The notes: generated by a model from the sequence alone, not told the origin. Shown: positions 9,394 through 18,199, numbered from the stretch's first letter. The stretch is DNA of 64,000 bases from Candidatus Moranbacteria bacterium GW2011_GWE2_35_2- (GCA_000990585.1 LBQD01000001.1:141501-205500); one strand, 5' to 3'. Numbers and translations: made by a program.

Positions 9394-11406
9394 TTAAATA
9401 ATAGAAATTGGATCCCGGTCAATAATCCATCCCGGACCAAGCGATTGAATTGCTTTTTTTATTTTCAAATCCACATCTTTTGTTTTGTATTTTATGATAA
9501 TCTGCTTGCGATGTTTTCCGCGAATATTAGAAAGCATACAATTTTGCGGAGGATATATTCTTGTTCCATCCAAATCTTCACTGACCCATTCCAGTATTTG
9601 AAAAACCCGGTCAGTTTCTTTTTTCGCTTTTTTTTCATTTTGATCTTGAAAAATTAATTTTATCAATTTTCCAAACGGAGGATAATCCAATTCTTTTCTT
9701 TCACCAAGTTCTTTTTCATAGAATTTTCTGAAATCATTTTCTATTGCCGATTTTATAACAAAATTTTCCGGCTGGAAAGTTTGTACGACCACTTCTCCGG
9801 GAAACCGGCTTCCGGGACGCCCGGTTCTTCCCGCAGCTTGTACGATGTGCGCAAACGCATTTTCATTTGTGAATAAATCCGGAAAACTGAGGAGCCCATC
9901 CGCGTCAATAATACCAACAAATCCGACATTTTTCAAATCCCAACCCTTGGTGATCATTTGCGTTCCAATCAAAATATCGATTTTTCCATCAGAAAAATCA
10001 CGCCAAATTTTTTCACGCACTTCTTGGCTCTTCATTGTTTGATTATCCGCAATTTCTATCCTGGCCGAATAGAAATTTTTTCGTAATTCGCGCAATATTT
10101 TTTCCGTCCCGATTCCCACATTTTCAAAAATCATTTCTTTGCAGTTCGGACAAGTCGGAAAATCAGAAGTTTTGTATGAACAATGCAAGCATTTGTAATT
10201 TCCTTTTTTTTGATATATCAGTGCTCGCCGGCACTTGGGGCATTTGAGAACTTCCTTGCATTTTTTGCACACGGAAAACGCACTCATTCCTTGGCGATTG
10301 ACAAATAAAATTGTTTGCAATTTATTTTTCAGCGCGTACTCGATTTCTCCTCTCAATTTCCGAGAGAGGGGAGACTTGTTTCTTACCCAGCGCTCTTTTT
10401 TCATATCGACAACTTCAATATGCGTTGCGTTGTTTCCAATATTCAAATGGGAAAATTTGATCAATTTATACTTCTCGCTTTCGGTGAGATAATAATTTTC
10501 GACACGGGGAGTGGCGGAGCTGAGCAATAAATGCGCACGGAAAAAATCTGTCAGTTTTTCGGCAATCTTTTGCGATTCATATCTTGGAGACGCATCCCAT
10601 TGCTTGAAAGATACATCATGATCCTCATCGATAACTATGAGTTTTAATTTTTTAAAAGGAGCAAAAAGTGCTTGGCGCGTGCCAATGATTACACGAATTT
10701 TTCCTGATTTGATTGCCTGCCAATTGGAATAAAATTGACCTTTTGGAATTTTACTGTGCAGAATGGCAATTTCATTTTCATCAAAATGCGCAAAAATTCT
10801 TTCCGCGATGGGGGATATCTGAGTGAGCTCCGGGACAATAATAAGAAATTGAGTGTCGGGGTCTAGCTGGCTCAGTTTTGCAATCACCTGAATGCACGCC
10901 TCGGTTTTCCCGGAAGATGACGGACCGAAAAGCAATGCCTGACATTTCACAACTTTCAATTTACAATTTTTGTGGTAGATTTTATTAATGAAAGAATTTT
11001 GTGCTTTGGTAAAAACTATGTTTTTTATTTCCGGCTTCGGTATTGAAAATTTTTTTCGCGTTGCGCGCGCTTTGACGCGATCAGGAACAAACATTTTCAA
11101 AACGATTCCCAGTGAAGTGAAATAATATTCAGAAATAAATTTTGCCAGTGCAATTTGTTTCTCGGTTAAAAAACTTTCTTCCAAAATTTTTTCAATTTTT
11201 TTCATTCGATAATTTCCGCTTCGAGTAAAATCATTCTTGCTGTCCAAAACGATTCCATTGATTTTTCTTTTCCCTAAAGATACTTCCACCAGCGATCCGC
11301 TCGGAATTGTTGTATTGGAAAGATAATAAAAAAATTGCTCCCGGGAAAGGGGAATTTTTGTGAGAGGCACAACGCTTACCAAATACTTTTCTTTAATTTC
11401 AGCCAT
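9394..11406 (-). CDS. priA: Primosomal protein N' (PriA helicase)
   Basis: Walker A GPSSSGKTE, DExH-like DEDHD, the Cys4 zinc-binding insert CPKCRRALIY...CLHCSY...CPNCKE, and the helicase C motif QAAGRTGRPG. Confidence 0.9.
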   Translation of the reverse strand: MAEIKEKYLVSVVPLTKIPLSREQFFYYLSNTTIPSGSLVEVSLGKRKINGIVLDSKNDFTRSGNYRMKKIEKILEESFLTEKQIALAKFISEYYFTSLGIVLKMFVPDRVKARATRKKFSIPKPEIKNIVFTKAQNSFINKIYHKNCKLKVVKCQALLFGPSSSGKTEACIQVIAKLSQLDPDTQFLIIVPELTQISPIAERIFAHFDENEIAILHSKIPKGQFYSNWQAIKSGKIRVIIGTRQALFAPFKKLKLIVIDEDHDVSFKQWDASPRYESQKIAEKLTDFFRAHLLLSSATPRVENYYLTESEKYKLIKFSHLNIGNNATHIEVVDMKKERWVRNKSPLSRKLRGEIEYALKNKLQTILFVNRQGMSAFSVCKKCKEVLKCPKCRRALIYQKKGNYKCLHCSYKTSDFPTCPNCKEMIFENVGIGTEKILRELRKNFYSARIEIADNQTMKSQEVREKIWRDFSDGKIDILIGTQMITKGWDLKNVGFVGIIDADGLLSFPDLFTNENAFAHIVQAAGRTGRPGSRFPGEVVVQTFQPENFVIKSAIENDFRKFYEKELGERKELDYPPFGKLIKLIFQDQNEKKAKKETDRVFQILEWVSEDLDGTRIYPPQNCMLSNIRGKHRKQIIIKYKTKDVDLKIKKAIQSLGPGWIIDRDPISII

Positions 11407-11498
11407 AACTCAATTGTATCAGTTTGCCCTTATTATTGACAAGGATTTTAATAACTGCTAGTCTTTATGTACATTAATCAGTTCTTCTTAAGTTGAGC

Positions 11499-11589
11499 GC
11501 CCAGGTGATGGAATTGGTAAACATAACTAGCTCTTTGGGCTAGTGGGCAGGTAATGCCCCTGTAAGTTCGAATCTTGCCTTGGGCGCCA
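11499..11589 (+). tRNA. tRNA with a long variable arm (type II; Leu/Ser/Tyr class) and encoded CCA. The anticodon is unresolved because the anticodon loop is non-canonical.
   Basis: Acceptor GCCCAGG/CTTGGGC, D-arm ATG-GAATTGGTAAA-CAT, T-arm GTAAG-TTCGAAT-CTTGC, variable arm GGGCA-GGTAA-TGCCC, discriminator G, then CCA. The anticodon stem-loop ACTAGC-TCTTTGG-GCTAGT has C at position 33, or must be read as a 9-nt loop. Confidence 0.5.
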
Positions 11590-11593
11590 GTGA

Positions 11594-11671
11594 ACAGGAA
11601 TAACTCAGCCGGGTTAGAGTGCAACCTTAGCAAGGTTGAAGTCGCGGGTTCAAATCCCGCTTCCTGTTCCA
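11594..11671 (+). tRNA. tRNA (class I, 78 nt, encoded CCA) with apparent anticodon AGC and an A1:U72 acceptor start. Identity is uncertain.
   Basis: Acceptor ACAGGAA/TTCCTGT, T8 A9, D-arm ACTC-AGCCGGGTTA-GAGT, anticodon arm CAACC-TTAGCAA-GGTTG, T-arm GCGGG-TTCAAAT-CCCGC, discriminator T, then CCA. It sits 4 nt after the preceding tRNA. Confidence 0.5.
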
Positions 11672-11784
11672 TCGCTATTCCCAAAGTCGAAACAAAAGCA
11701 TCTGTTTTCGGCTTTTTTATTTCTTGAAAAAATTTGGATTAAATGCTAGTATGCTTGGATATTAATATGTTAAAATGAATTTAT

Positions 11785-12330
11785 ATGCAACGAAGAATTT
11801 TTGTGGGCATTAATTTGCCTTCTCAAGTAAAAAAACGCTTGGCGGAAAAAATCAAGAAATGGAATGATTTGCCAATTAAATGGATTAAGGAAGATAATTT
11901 TCATATCACACTTTCTTTTTTGGGTTATCTGGAAGATGAAGATTTGAGTCGAATTTGCACGAGTGTGCGAGAAGCGACTGAAAATATCGAATCTTTTGAT
12001 ATTGAACTTAATAAAATTGAGCTCGGTCCGACTAAAGGAAAAGATGCCCGGCTTGTTTGGTTTTCCGGCAAAGCAAGCGAGGAGCTGAAAAAACTTCAGG
12101 AGGAAATTGAAAAATCTTTCGGATCATTCAATATTGATAAGAAAGAATTTCATCCGCACGTAACACTTGGAAGAATCCGCAAAAACAAATGGCAAATTCT
12201 GGATTCTTTTCCTGAAGTTGAAGAAAATTTCAGAATATCTTTGCCTGTTGACAGTGTGAGTATTTTTGACAGCCGATCAGAAGAAACCGCAGGGGAATTC
12301 ATCGAGATTGAATCTTGTCCGTTGAAATAA
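11785..12330 (+). CDS. ligT: 2'-5' RNA ligase / 2H phosphoesterase (LigT/ThpR family)
   Basis: Two H-x-T-x motifs, HITLSFLG and HPHVTLGRI, about 85 residues apart. Length 181 aa. Confidence 0.8.
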   Translation: MQRRIFVGINLPSQVKKRLAEKIKKWNDLPIKWIKEDNFHITLSFLGYLEDEDLSRICTSVREATENIESFDIELNKIELGPTKGKDARLVWFSGKASEELKKLQEEIEKSFGSFNIDKKEFHPHVTLGRIRKNKWQILDSFPEVEENFRISLPVDSVSIFDSRSEETAGEFIEIESCPLK

Positions 12331-12339
12331 TTTTTTCTT

Positions 12340-13068
12340 ATGGAAATTTTGGGCATTAAAATTGATAATTTTAGTCGAGAGGAGATTTTGAAAAAAGTCG
12401 AAGATTTTCTAAATGAAGAAAAATTCCACCAAATCGCAACAATCAATCCGGAATTTGTTTTAGAGGCACAGAAAAATAAAAAATTTCGAAATATTTTAAC
12501 CAATTGTGATTTGCGCGTGGCGGATGGAGTGGGAATATTTTTTGCATTCCTCCGATTTGGCAAATGGCTCAAATGTCGCTTGACGGGAGTTGAGTTAATG
12601 GAGGATATTTTGCAAATTGCTGAAAGAAAAAATTTGAATATTTTCTTGGCATCTTGGACAGGAAGTCTGAGTTCATGGAAGGAAACTCGCGATGCTATCC
12701 TGAAAAAATATCCGAAATTAAAAATCGACGGGGATAATATTGATTGTAAAAATACGTTTTACGTCTTACGTCTTACGTCTGATATTATTTTTTGCAATTT
12801 TGGAGCGCCAAATCAAGAAATATTCCTAGACTCGCTAAAACATCAAAATAATGCTAAAATAAGGCTGGCAATGGGAGTGGGCGGTAGTTTTGATTATCTG
12901 ACTAAGAAAACGCCCAGAGCGCCCAAATTCGCGCAAATTTTGGGTCTAGAATGGCTTTGGAGATTGATATTAGAACCAAAATATCGTTTTAAGCGCGTTT
13001 TAAGCGCAGTACTAGTTTTTCCAATTAAAATATTATTGGATCATAAAAAAATAATAATTAATAAATGA
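12340..13068 (+). CDS. WecB/TagA/CpsF family glycosyltransferase (GT26, N-acetylmannosaminyltransferase-like)
   Basis: IATINPEFV...DLRVADGVGI...MGVGGSFDYLTKKTPRAP: GT26 family motifs. Contains a 7-nt tandem repeat. Confidence 0.75.
   Translation: MEILGIKIDNFSREEILKKVEDFLNEEKFHQIATINPEFVLEAQKNKKFRNILTNCDLRVADGVGIFFAFLRFGKWLKCRLTGVELMEDILQIAERKNLNIFLASWTGSLSSWKETRDAILKKYPKLKIDGDNIDCKNTFYVLRLTSDIIFCNFGAPNQEIFLDSLKHQNNAKIRLAMGVGGSFDYLTKKTPRAPKFAQILGLEWLWRLILEPKYRFKRVLSAVLVFPIKILLDHKKIIINK
12755..12782. repeat. Heptanucleotide tandem repeat (CGTCTTA-like, 4 units) inside the GT26 coding sequence
   Basis: CGTTTTA CGTCTTA CGTCTTA CGTCTGA, translated in-frame as FYVLRLTSD. Confidence 0.6.
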
Positions 13069-13126
13069 TTTCTGGGTTCCCTTCACTAGTAGGTGGATTT
13101 ACGGGGATAACAGAATAATAAAAAAT

Positions 13127-13534
13127 ATGACGGACAAAGCAAAATTAATTCGTACGATTTATTTGTACTTGGCATCGCTTATCAGCCTGCTTTTTGTTGC
13201 TATTGGCGCCGGAAGAATTTTGAATACTGCTTTGAAATATTATGTTTTTCCGAAAGCGGAAAAAGGCGGATATAGTCAATGTGATGTTCAACCTCCGATA
13301 TATGCATTGGACAAAAGCAATTTGGAAAGAGTGGCGACTGATGACCAAAAAATTCAATTGGAAAATCTTTTGCGAGATTATGAACAATGGAAAAAAGGAA
13401 ATTCCGGAGATGAATGCTATTCGCAGGAACGTCAAAAAAATGTGGTTGACGCGCTTACGATGTTGATTGTGGCATTGCCGATTTTCGGATATCATTGGAA
13501 TGTGATTAAGAAAGAAAAAAAGAAAGAGGAATAA
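13127..13534 (+). CDS. Hypothetical membrane protein
   Basis: Two hydrophobic segments. Sits 4 nt upstream of gltX. No recognisable motif. Confidence 0.35.
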   Translation: MTDKAKLIRTIYLYLASLISLLFVAIGAGRILNTALKYYVFPKAEKGGYSQCDVQPPIYALDKSNLERVATDDQKIQLENLLRDYEQWKKGNSGDECYSQERQKNVVDALTMLIVALPIFGYHWNVIKKEKKKEE

Positions 13535-13538
13535 TTCT

Positions 13539-15056
13539 ATGACAGAAAAAAAAGAAATTCGAACCAGATTTGCTCCGTCGCCGACGGGAGAATTGCATAT
13601 CGGAGCATTGCGAACAGCTCTTTCGGATTTTTTGTATGCAAAAAAAAATAACGGCAAATTCATTTTACGAATAGAAGATACTGATCAAAACAGGCTTGTT
13701 GAAGGTGCGGTTGAGAGATTTCTGAAAATGCTTCAATGGGCGGGCGTTGTTCCGGATGAAGGAGTTGTCCTGGATGAGGACGGAAAAGTGTCGCAGGATG
13801 GAGAATGCGGGCCATATATTCAATCCGAGAGATTGGATATTTACAAAAAATACGTCCAAAAATTAATCGACGAGGGAAAAGCGTATTATTGTTTTTGCAC
13901 CGCAGAAAGACTTGATGAGATGAGGAAAAATCAACAAGTCAGAAAAGAAGCTCCGAAATATGACAGAAAATGTTTGAATTTATCCAAAGAGGAAGTTGAA
14001 GAAAAATTAAAAAACGGAGAAAAATGCGTTGTCCGATTCAAAATTCCGGAAGGAAAAACAGTTTTTGAGGATTTGGTTTATGGAAAAATAGAAGTTGAAA
14101 ACTCCACAGTGGATGATCAAATAGTTTTGAAGTCGGATGGATTTCCCACTTATCATTTGGCGGTAGTAGTGGACGATTATTTAATGAAAATAAGCCATGT
14201 TTTTCGCGGAGCGGAATGGATTTCCAGCACTCCCAAACACATTCTTCTCTACAAAGCCTTTGGATGGGAAAAAGCTATGCCGGAATTCGCCCATATGCCG
14301 AACATCTTGGGAAAAGATGGAAAGAAAAAATTGTCCAAAAGAGAGGGAAGTGTGAGCGTGCAGGATTTCAAAAATCAAGGATATCCGCCACAGGCCATTG
14401 TCAATTTTATTGCTCTGCTTGGTTGGAATCCAAAAACAGAACAAGAGATTTTCACAATGGACGAGCTTATTTCTCAATATGACATTAGAAAAGTAAACAA
14501 ATCCGGTGCGGTTTTTGACATTAAAAGACTTAATTGGATCAGTGCTCAGCACATCAGGAAAATGAGTATTGATGAGATTTATAATCAAGCGTTGCCTTTT
14601 TTGAAAGAAAAAGAATTTTATAAATCATGGAACACAGACCGCGAAACATGGAGCGACAAAGAGAAAGAAGAATATATCAAAAAAATAATTTCAGTGGAAA
14701 AAGACCGCTTGGAAAAATTTGACCAAATAGGGGAGAGCAATCAATTTTTCTTTTCTGATCCGAAAAATATTTCATCAGATGATTTGCGTTGGAAAGACTC
14801 TTCTGATGAGGATATGAAAAACAATTTGCAAAAAGCGAAAAAAGTTTTGGAAAGCATTTCAGAAAGCGATTGGGAGTTGAAAAATATCGAAGAAAAATTA
14901 TTGCAAGCGGCAGGGGACAAGCGGGGAGATTTGCTTTTTCCTTTGCGAGCGGCGCTCACCGGGGAGAAAAAATCCCCCTCGCCGTTTGAAGTGGCATGGG
15001 CGCTGGGAAAAAAAGAATCCATCAAAAGAATAGAGTCAGTAAATAGTGCTATCTAG
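13539..15056 (+). CDS. gltX: Glutamyl-tRNA synthetase
   Basis: RFAPSPTGELHIGALRTAL (HIGH motif) and KLSKR (KMSKS variant). Overall GluRS architecture. Confidence 0.9.
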   Translation: MTEKKEIRTRFAPSPTGELHIGALRTALSDFLYAKKNNGKFILRIEDTDQNRLVEGAVERFLKMLQWAGVVPDEGVVLDEDGKVSQDGECGPYIQSERLDIYKKYVQKLIDEGKAYYCFCTAERLDEMRKNQQVRKEAPKYDRKCLNLSKEEVEEKLKNGEKCVVRFKIPEGKTVFEDLVYGKIEVENSTVDDQIVLKSDGFPTYHLAVVVDDYLMKISHVFRGAEWISSTPKHILLYKAFGWEKAMPEFAHMPNILGKDGKKKLSKREGSVSVQDFKNQGYPPQAIVNFIALLGWNPKTEQEIFTMDELISQYDIRKVNKSGAVFDIKRLNWISAQHIRKMSIDEIYNQALPFLKEKEFYKSWNTDRETWSDKEKEEYIKKIISVEKDRLEKFDQIGESNQFFFSDPKNISSDDLRWKDSSDEDMKNNLQKAKKVLESISESDWELKNIEEKLLQAAGDKRGDLLFPLRAALTGEKKSPSPFEVAWALGKKESIKRIESVNSAI

Positions 15057-15080
15057 CGAATGTGCTATAATTAGGAGGGT

Positions 15081-16295
15081 ATGAATATAAAAATAAAAAG
15101 ATTGCGAGTTACGGCAAGCGCTTTTTTTGGAGTGTTGGTTTTTTTGTTTTCGTGTTCGTTTTTTTTCAATATTAAATTCGGATCAGCTGAAGAAATTTGT
15201 TCTTCAGTAGAAGAATGCGACAAAAAGAAAAAAGCTTATGAAAAAATTATTGAGCTTAAACAGGCACAGCAAGCTACTCTTGGAGGACAAATTAATGGAA
15301 TTGTTTCAGAAATCCAAAACGTTGAAAACAATATCGTAGAAAAAGAAAAAAGTCTTGAAGAAATAAACAACAATATCGAAGAATTGATTCGGAAAATCAG
15401 CCAGCAAGAAGAATCAATAAAACTTCAAAAGAAAATGCTTGGCGGATTGCTTCGAGCTTATTATGACTATGATCAACGCAATGTTATTTCTTTGGTTTTA
15501 AACGGAAAAGGATTTTCTGCCGCAAGTAAGAATCAAGATTATTTGACCCAAGCCAGCGGAAAAGTAAAAGAGATTTTATCAAATATCAAATCGCTGAAAA
15601 ATTCTACCGAAGAAGATAAAAAAAAATTAGAAGGGAGTAGGGAAGATATAGTTTCTATTAAAAATGAACTTGAAGAAAAAAATTCATATCTTGAAAGCGC
15701 GAAAGCGCAGAAAAGAAATTTGCTCGCGCAAGTGCAAGGAGATGAGCAAAAATACAGAGAACTTCTTGATATAATTGAAAATGAAATATATGAATTGGAA
15801 GCCGGAAAGATTGCTGATTTAGACAAACTTCCTCCGGCAAAAGGCGGGTACTTCGATTATCCGGTCGGCAGTGTGCGCATTACGCAAGGCTACGGAATGA
15901 CATCATTCGCAAAAGCTGGAGCCTATGGAGGAAAACCGCATAATGGAGTTGATTTCGGGATTAGTTACGCGCCCATATACGCAGCCGGAAACGGAAAAGT
16001 TATCAGCTCCGGCAATAATGGAAAATATGCTTATGGAAATTGGATTGCAATTGATCATGGTGATGGATTGGTCACCTTATATGGTCATTTGAGCAAGAAA
16101 TCCGCTTCCAAGGGGGATAAGGTGAAGAAAGGGGAGAAAATAGGTATTAGTGGAAATACGGGATATTCCACCGGACCACATCTTCATTTCTCCGTCTTTG
16201 ATAAGGATAGCTTTGGAGTTGTTGAATCGAAATATGTCGACGGACTTTATATCCCAACCGGCGCATCAGTAAATCCAATGAGATACCTTGACTAG
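15081..16295 (+). CDS. M23 family metallopeptidase with N-terminal coiled-coil (EnvC/NlpD-like)
   Basis: HNGVDFG...IDHGDGLVTLYGHLS...GNTGYSTGPHLHFSVF, the M23 LytM catalytic motifs. A long coiled-coil precedes them. Confidence 0.85.
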   Translation: MNIKIKRLRVTASAFFGVLVFLFSCSFFFNIKFGSAEEICSSVEECDKKKKAYEKIIELKQAQQATLGGQINGIVSEIQNVENNIVEKEKSLEEINNNIEELIRKISQQEESIKLQKKMLGGLLRAYYDYDQRNVISLVLNGKGFSAASKNQDYLTQASGKVKEILSNIKSLKNSTEEDKKKLEGSREDIVSIKNELEEKNSYLESAKAQKRNLLAQVQGDEQKYRELLDIIENEIYELEAGKIADLDKLPPAKGGYFDYPVGSVRITQGYGMTSFAKAGAYGGKPHNGVDFGISYAPIYAAGNGKVISSGNNGKYAYGNWIAIDHGDGLVTLYGHLSKKSASKGDKVKKGEKIGISGNTGYSTGPHLHFSVFDKDSFGVVESKYVDGLYIPTGASVNPMRYLD

Positions 16296-16365
16296 TTTTC
16301 ATTACATCCCTTTTTATTCTTCGTGTATTCAAAATTTCTTTTTAATAAAAAATATCGCAAATGAG

Positions 16366-16380
16366 TTGTGCGACATTGTG
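16366..16380. repeat. Left copy of a 14-15 bp direct repeat, TTGTGCGAC(A/G)TTGT, flanking ORF 16441..17076
   Basis: TTGTGCGACATTGTG here, TTGTGCGACGTTGT at 17100..17113. Confidence 0.55.
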
Positions 16381-16382
16381 TG

Positions 16383-16400
16383 TAGGGTATATCTACCCTA
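16383..16400. promoter_or_regulatory. Perfect 7-bp-arm palindrome, TAGGGTA-TATC-TACCCTA, 40 bp upstream of ORF 16441. Candidate operator.
   Basis: The arms TAGGGTA and TACCCTA are exact reverse complements around a 4-nt spacer. Confidence 0.35.
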
Positions 16401-16440
16401 TCGAGAAGAGTGGAGAAACAAACAATAGAGAATAATAAAA

Positions 16441-17076
16441 ATGAAAAATAATAAAATTTGGACACTTGAAAAAGTAAAAGAAGGTTTTGAAAAGTTTTAT
16501 AGTACCTATAATAGATATCCTACTGCATATGATATTGATGATTTTAATTTCCTGCCATCGTCAAGACAAATCCAAAGAAGCTTTGGCGGTTTAGTTAAGC
16601 TAAGAAAAATACTAGAATTAAAAATTGAAAATTATGGAAACGGGAAATCCAGATCTCGGCTAGCACATAATTCAAATATACTGGGTAAAAAATGCGAACG
16701 CATAGTATTGGAGTTATTAAAAAATAAATTCGATGAGAAATTTGTACATATAGAAAAACCAGTAGAAGGGGATTATAAAAATCGCTTTGACTTTTATGTA
16801 TATGCTAAACCTAAAAATTTTGCAATTGATGTTTTTGGAAGTGATGATACTAGGAATCTTGTGAATAATTTCAATATAAAAGAGAAAAAATATTTAAAAT
16901 CAAATAACGAAAAGGAATCTTTGTATTTTATTTATATTGGAGACAAAATAAATGAAAGTAAATTGGCTATTTGGTATCAAAAAAAGAAATCTAAAATACC
17001 AAAAAATTGGAAGATTATAAGTCTTAAAGAATTAAAAAAGGAAATGAATAGGTATGAGGCTTATCGCGCTATATAG
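16441..17076 (+). CDS. Hypothetical protein in an AT-rich island. The C-terminal half has weak PD-(D/E)xK-nuclease-like features. The call is tentative.
   Basis: RFDFYVYAKPKNFAIDVFG and an upstream ExK-like stretch (HIEKPVEGDYK) loosely fit a restriction-endonuclease-like fold. The N-terminal domain (TAYDIDDFNFLPSSRQIQRSFGG) is unrecognised. Codon usage is more AT-rich than the neighbouring genes. Confidence 0.35.
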   Translation: MKNNKIWTLEKVKEGFEKFYSTYNRYPTAYDIDDFNFLPSSRQIQRSFGGLVKLRKILELKIENYGNGKSRSRLAHNSNILGKKCERIVLELLKNKFDEKFVHIEKPVEGDYKNRFDFYVYAKPKNFAIDVFGSDDTRNLVNNFNIKEKKYLKSNNEKESLYFIYIGDKINESKLAIWYQKKKSKIPKNWKIISLKELKKEMNRYEAYRAI

Positions 17077-17099
17077 TATCAAACTTCGTGAAATCTACA

Positions 17100-17113
17100 T
17101 TGTGCGACGTTGT
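17100..17113. repeat. Right copy of the direct repeat TTGTGCGAC(A/G)TTGT flanking ORF 16441..17076
   Basis: TTGTGCGACGTTGT. Pairs with 16366..16380. Confidence 0.55.
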
Positions 17114-17379
17114 TAATTTAGCGCAAAAGCGTACTCTCTACTCTTTTTAAATAAAAAATTAAAAGAAATTATTTTTACAATTTGTTTTTGAGATATATTA
17201 TTTATTCTTTTTTTATAAAAAGTTTTCTGTAAAATAAATCAACCGCTATCTCATCTTAATTATTTTACTAATAGAAAAAATTATCTATATAAAATAAAAA
17301 TAAAAAAAGGCTCCCCTTTTCGGAATATTTCTATTCCTATTTCAGAGAACCCAAGTAAAACTATCTTTTTTGCTGTTTT

Positions 17380-17646
17380 TTATGTGGGGATTATACTAAC
17401 CACTCCACTGCAACAGGCTGAACTTGTATTTAATACGTACTGTTTACCGTTAAGAGAGCATAAACCCTCTTTTTTTGATTTACAGCATAAACACAAGTGT
17501 CGTCCGCGTGTTGCCATGAAGGCATGTGAGCATTCGGCACTGAAGGTAGTGCCTTGAATTTTGCCATAGATAACTCCCTTTTTTAAACAGGAGGGGTTAT
17601 CTTCCTGAATAATTTGAGCGACACAATATAATTGTTCTCTGCTCAC
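17380..17646 (-). CDS. Cysteine-rich small protein (9 Cys in 88 aa; GTG start), encoded immediately downstream of iscU in the isc operon
   Basis: AAGGAG RBS 6 nt upstream of the GTG. Cys residues clustered as ...CLCC... and ...ACCSG.... GC content is higher than the flanking non-coding DNA. Confidence 0.45.
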   Translation of the reverse strand: MSREQLYCVAQIIQEDNPSCLKKGVIYGKIQGTTFSAECSHAFMATRGRHLCLCCKSKKEGLCSLNGKQYVLNTSSACCSGVVSIIPT

Positions 17647-17728
17647 TTTCTTCTCCTTTTCTTTTTTTAATAAGAAAACAACGCACCAAAAAGAACCACC
17701 TCCACCATACCCTATTTAACCAAAAAAG

Positions 17729-18115
17729 TCAAGCTTTACAGGATTGGTATTTTTTGATGGCTTTTTGCAGGGCTGTGGCGGCAAGATTGCTGCAATGAAA
17801 TTTTGGCGCTGGAAGTCCCCCCAGTTCGTCGGCTACCATTTGATTGGTAATCGCGAGGGCCTCTTTCAAGGTCTTACCCTTGGCCATTTCTGTGGCCATA
17901 GACGATGTGGCAATCGCTGCTCCACAACCCAAAGTTTCAAATCCAATATTTTCAATTATTTCCTCTCCCCCTTTGTTTTTTCCAACCTTAATATAAATCC
18001 GCATAATGTCTCCACATTTCGGATTGCCAACAGTCGCCACCGCATCAGCATCCTTGAGTGGTCCCTGATTGCGCGGCTTGGCAAAATATTTCAAAACTTT
18101 TTTTGAATAATTCAT
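17729..18115 (-). CDS. iscU: Fe-S cluster assembly scaffold IscU/NifU
   Basis: GNPKCGDIMRIYIKV...GFETLGCGAAIATSS...KFHCSNLA: the three conserved scaffold Cys motifs. Confidence 0.85.
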   Translation of the reverse strand: MNYSKKVLKYFAKPRNQGPLKDADAVATVGNPKCGDIMRIYIKVGKNKGGEEIIENIGFETLGCGAAIATSSMATEMAKGKTLKEALAITNQMVADELGGLPAPKFHCSNLAATALQKAIKKYQSCKA

Positions 18116-18175
18116 TTTAAAATTTTTAATTTCTAATTTCTAATTTTTAAACAATTTTCAAATATAAAAAATTAA
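18116..18175. repeat. AT-rich dispersed repeat (AATTTCTAATTTCTAA...TAAACAATTTTCAA family) in the iscS-iscU intergenic region
   Basis: Closely similar to the segment at 953..1040 inside ORF1. More distantly related to the inverted arms at 35091..35182. Confidence 0.45.
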
Positions 18176-18199
18176 AAACAAGAAATCTTTATAAAATAT

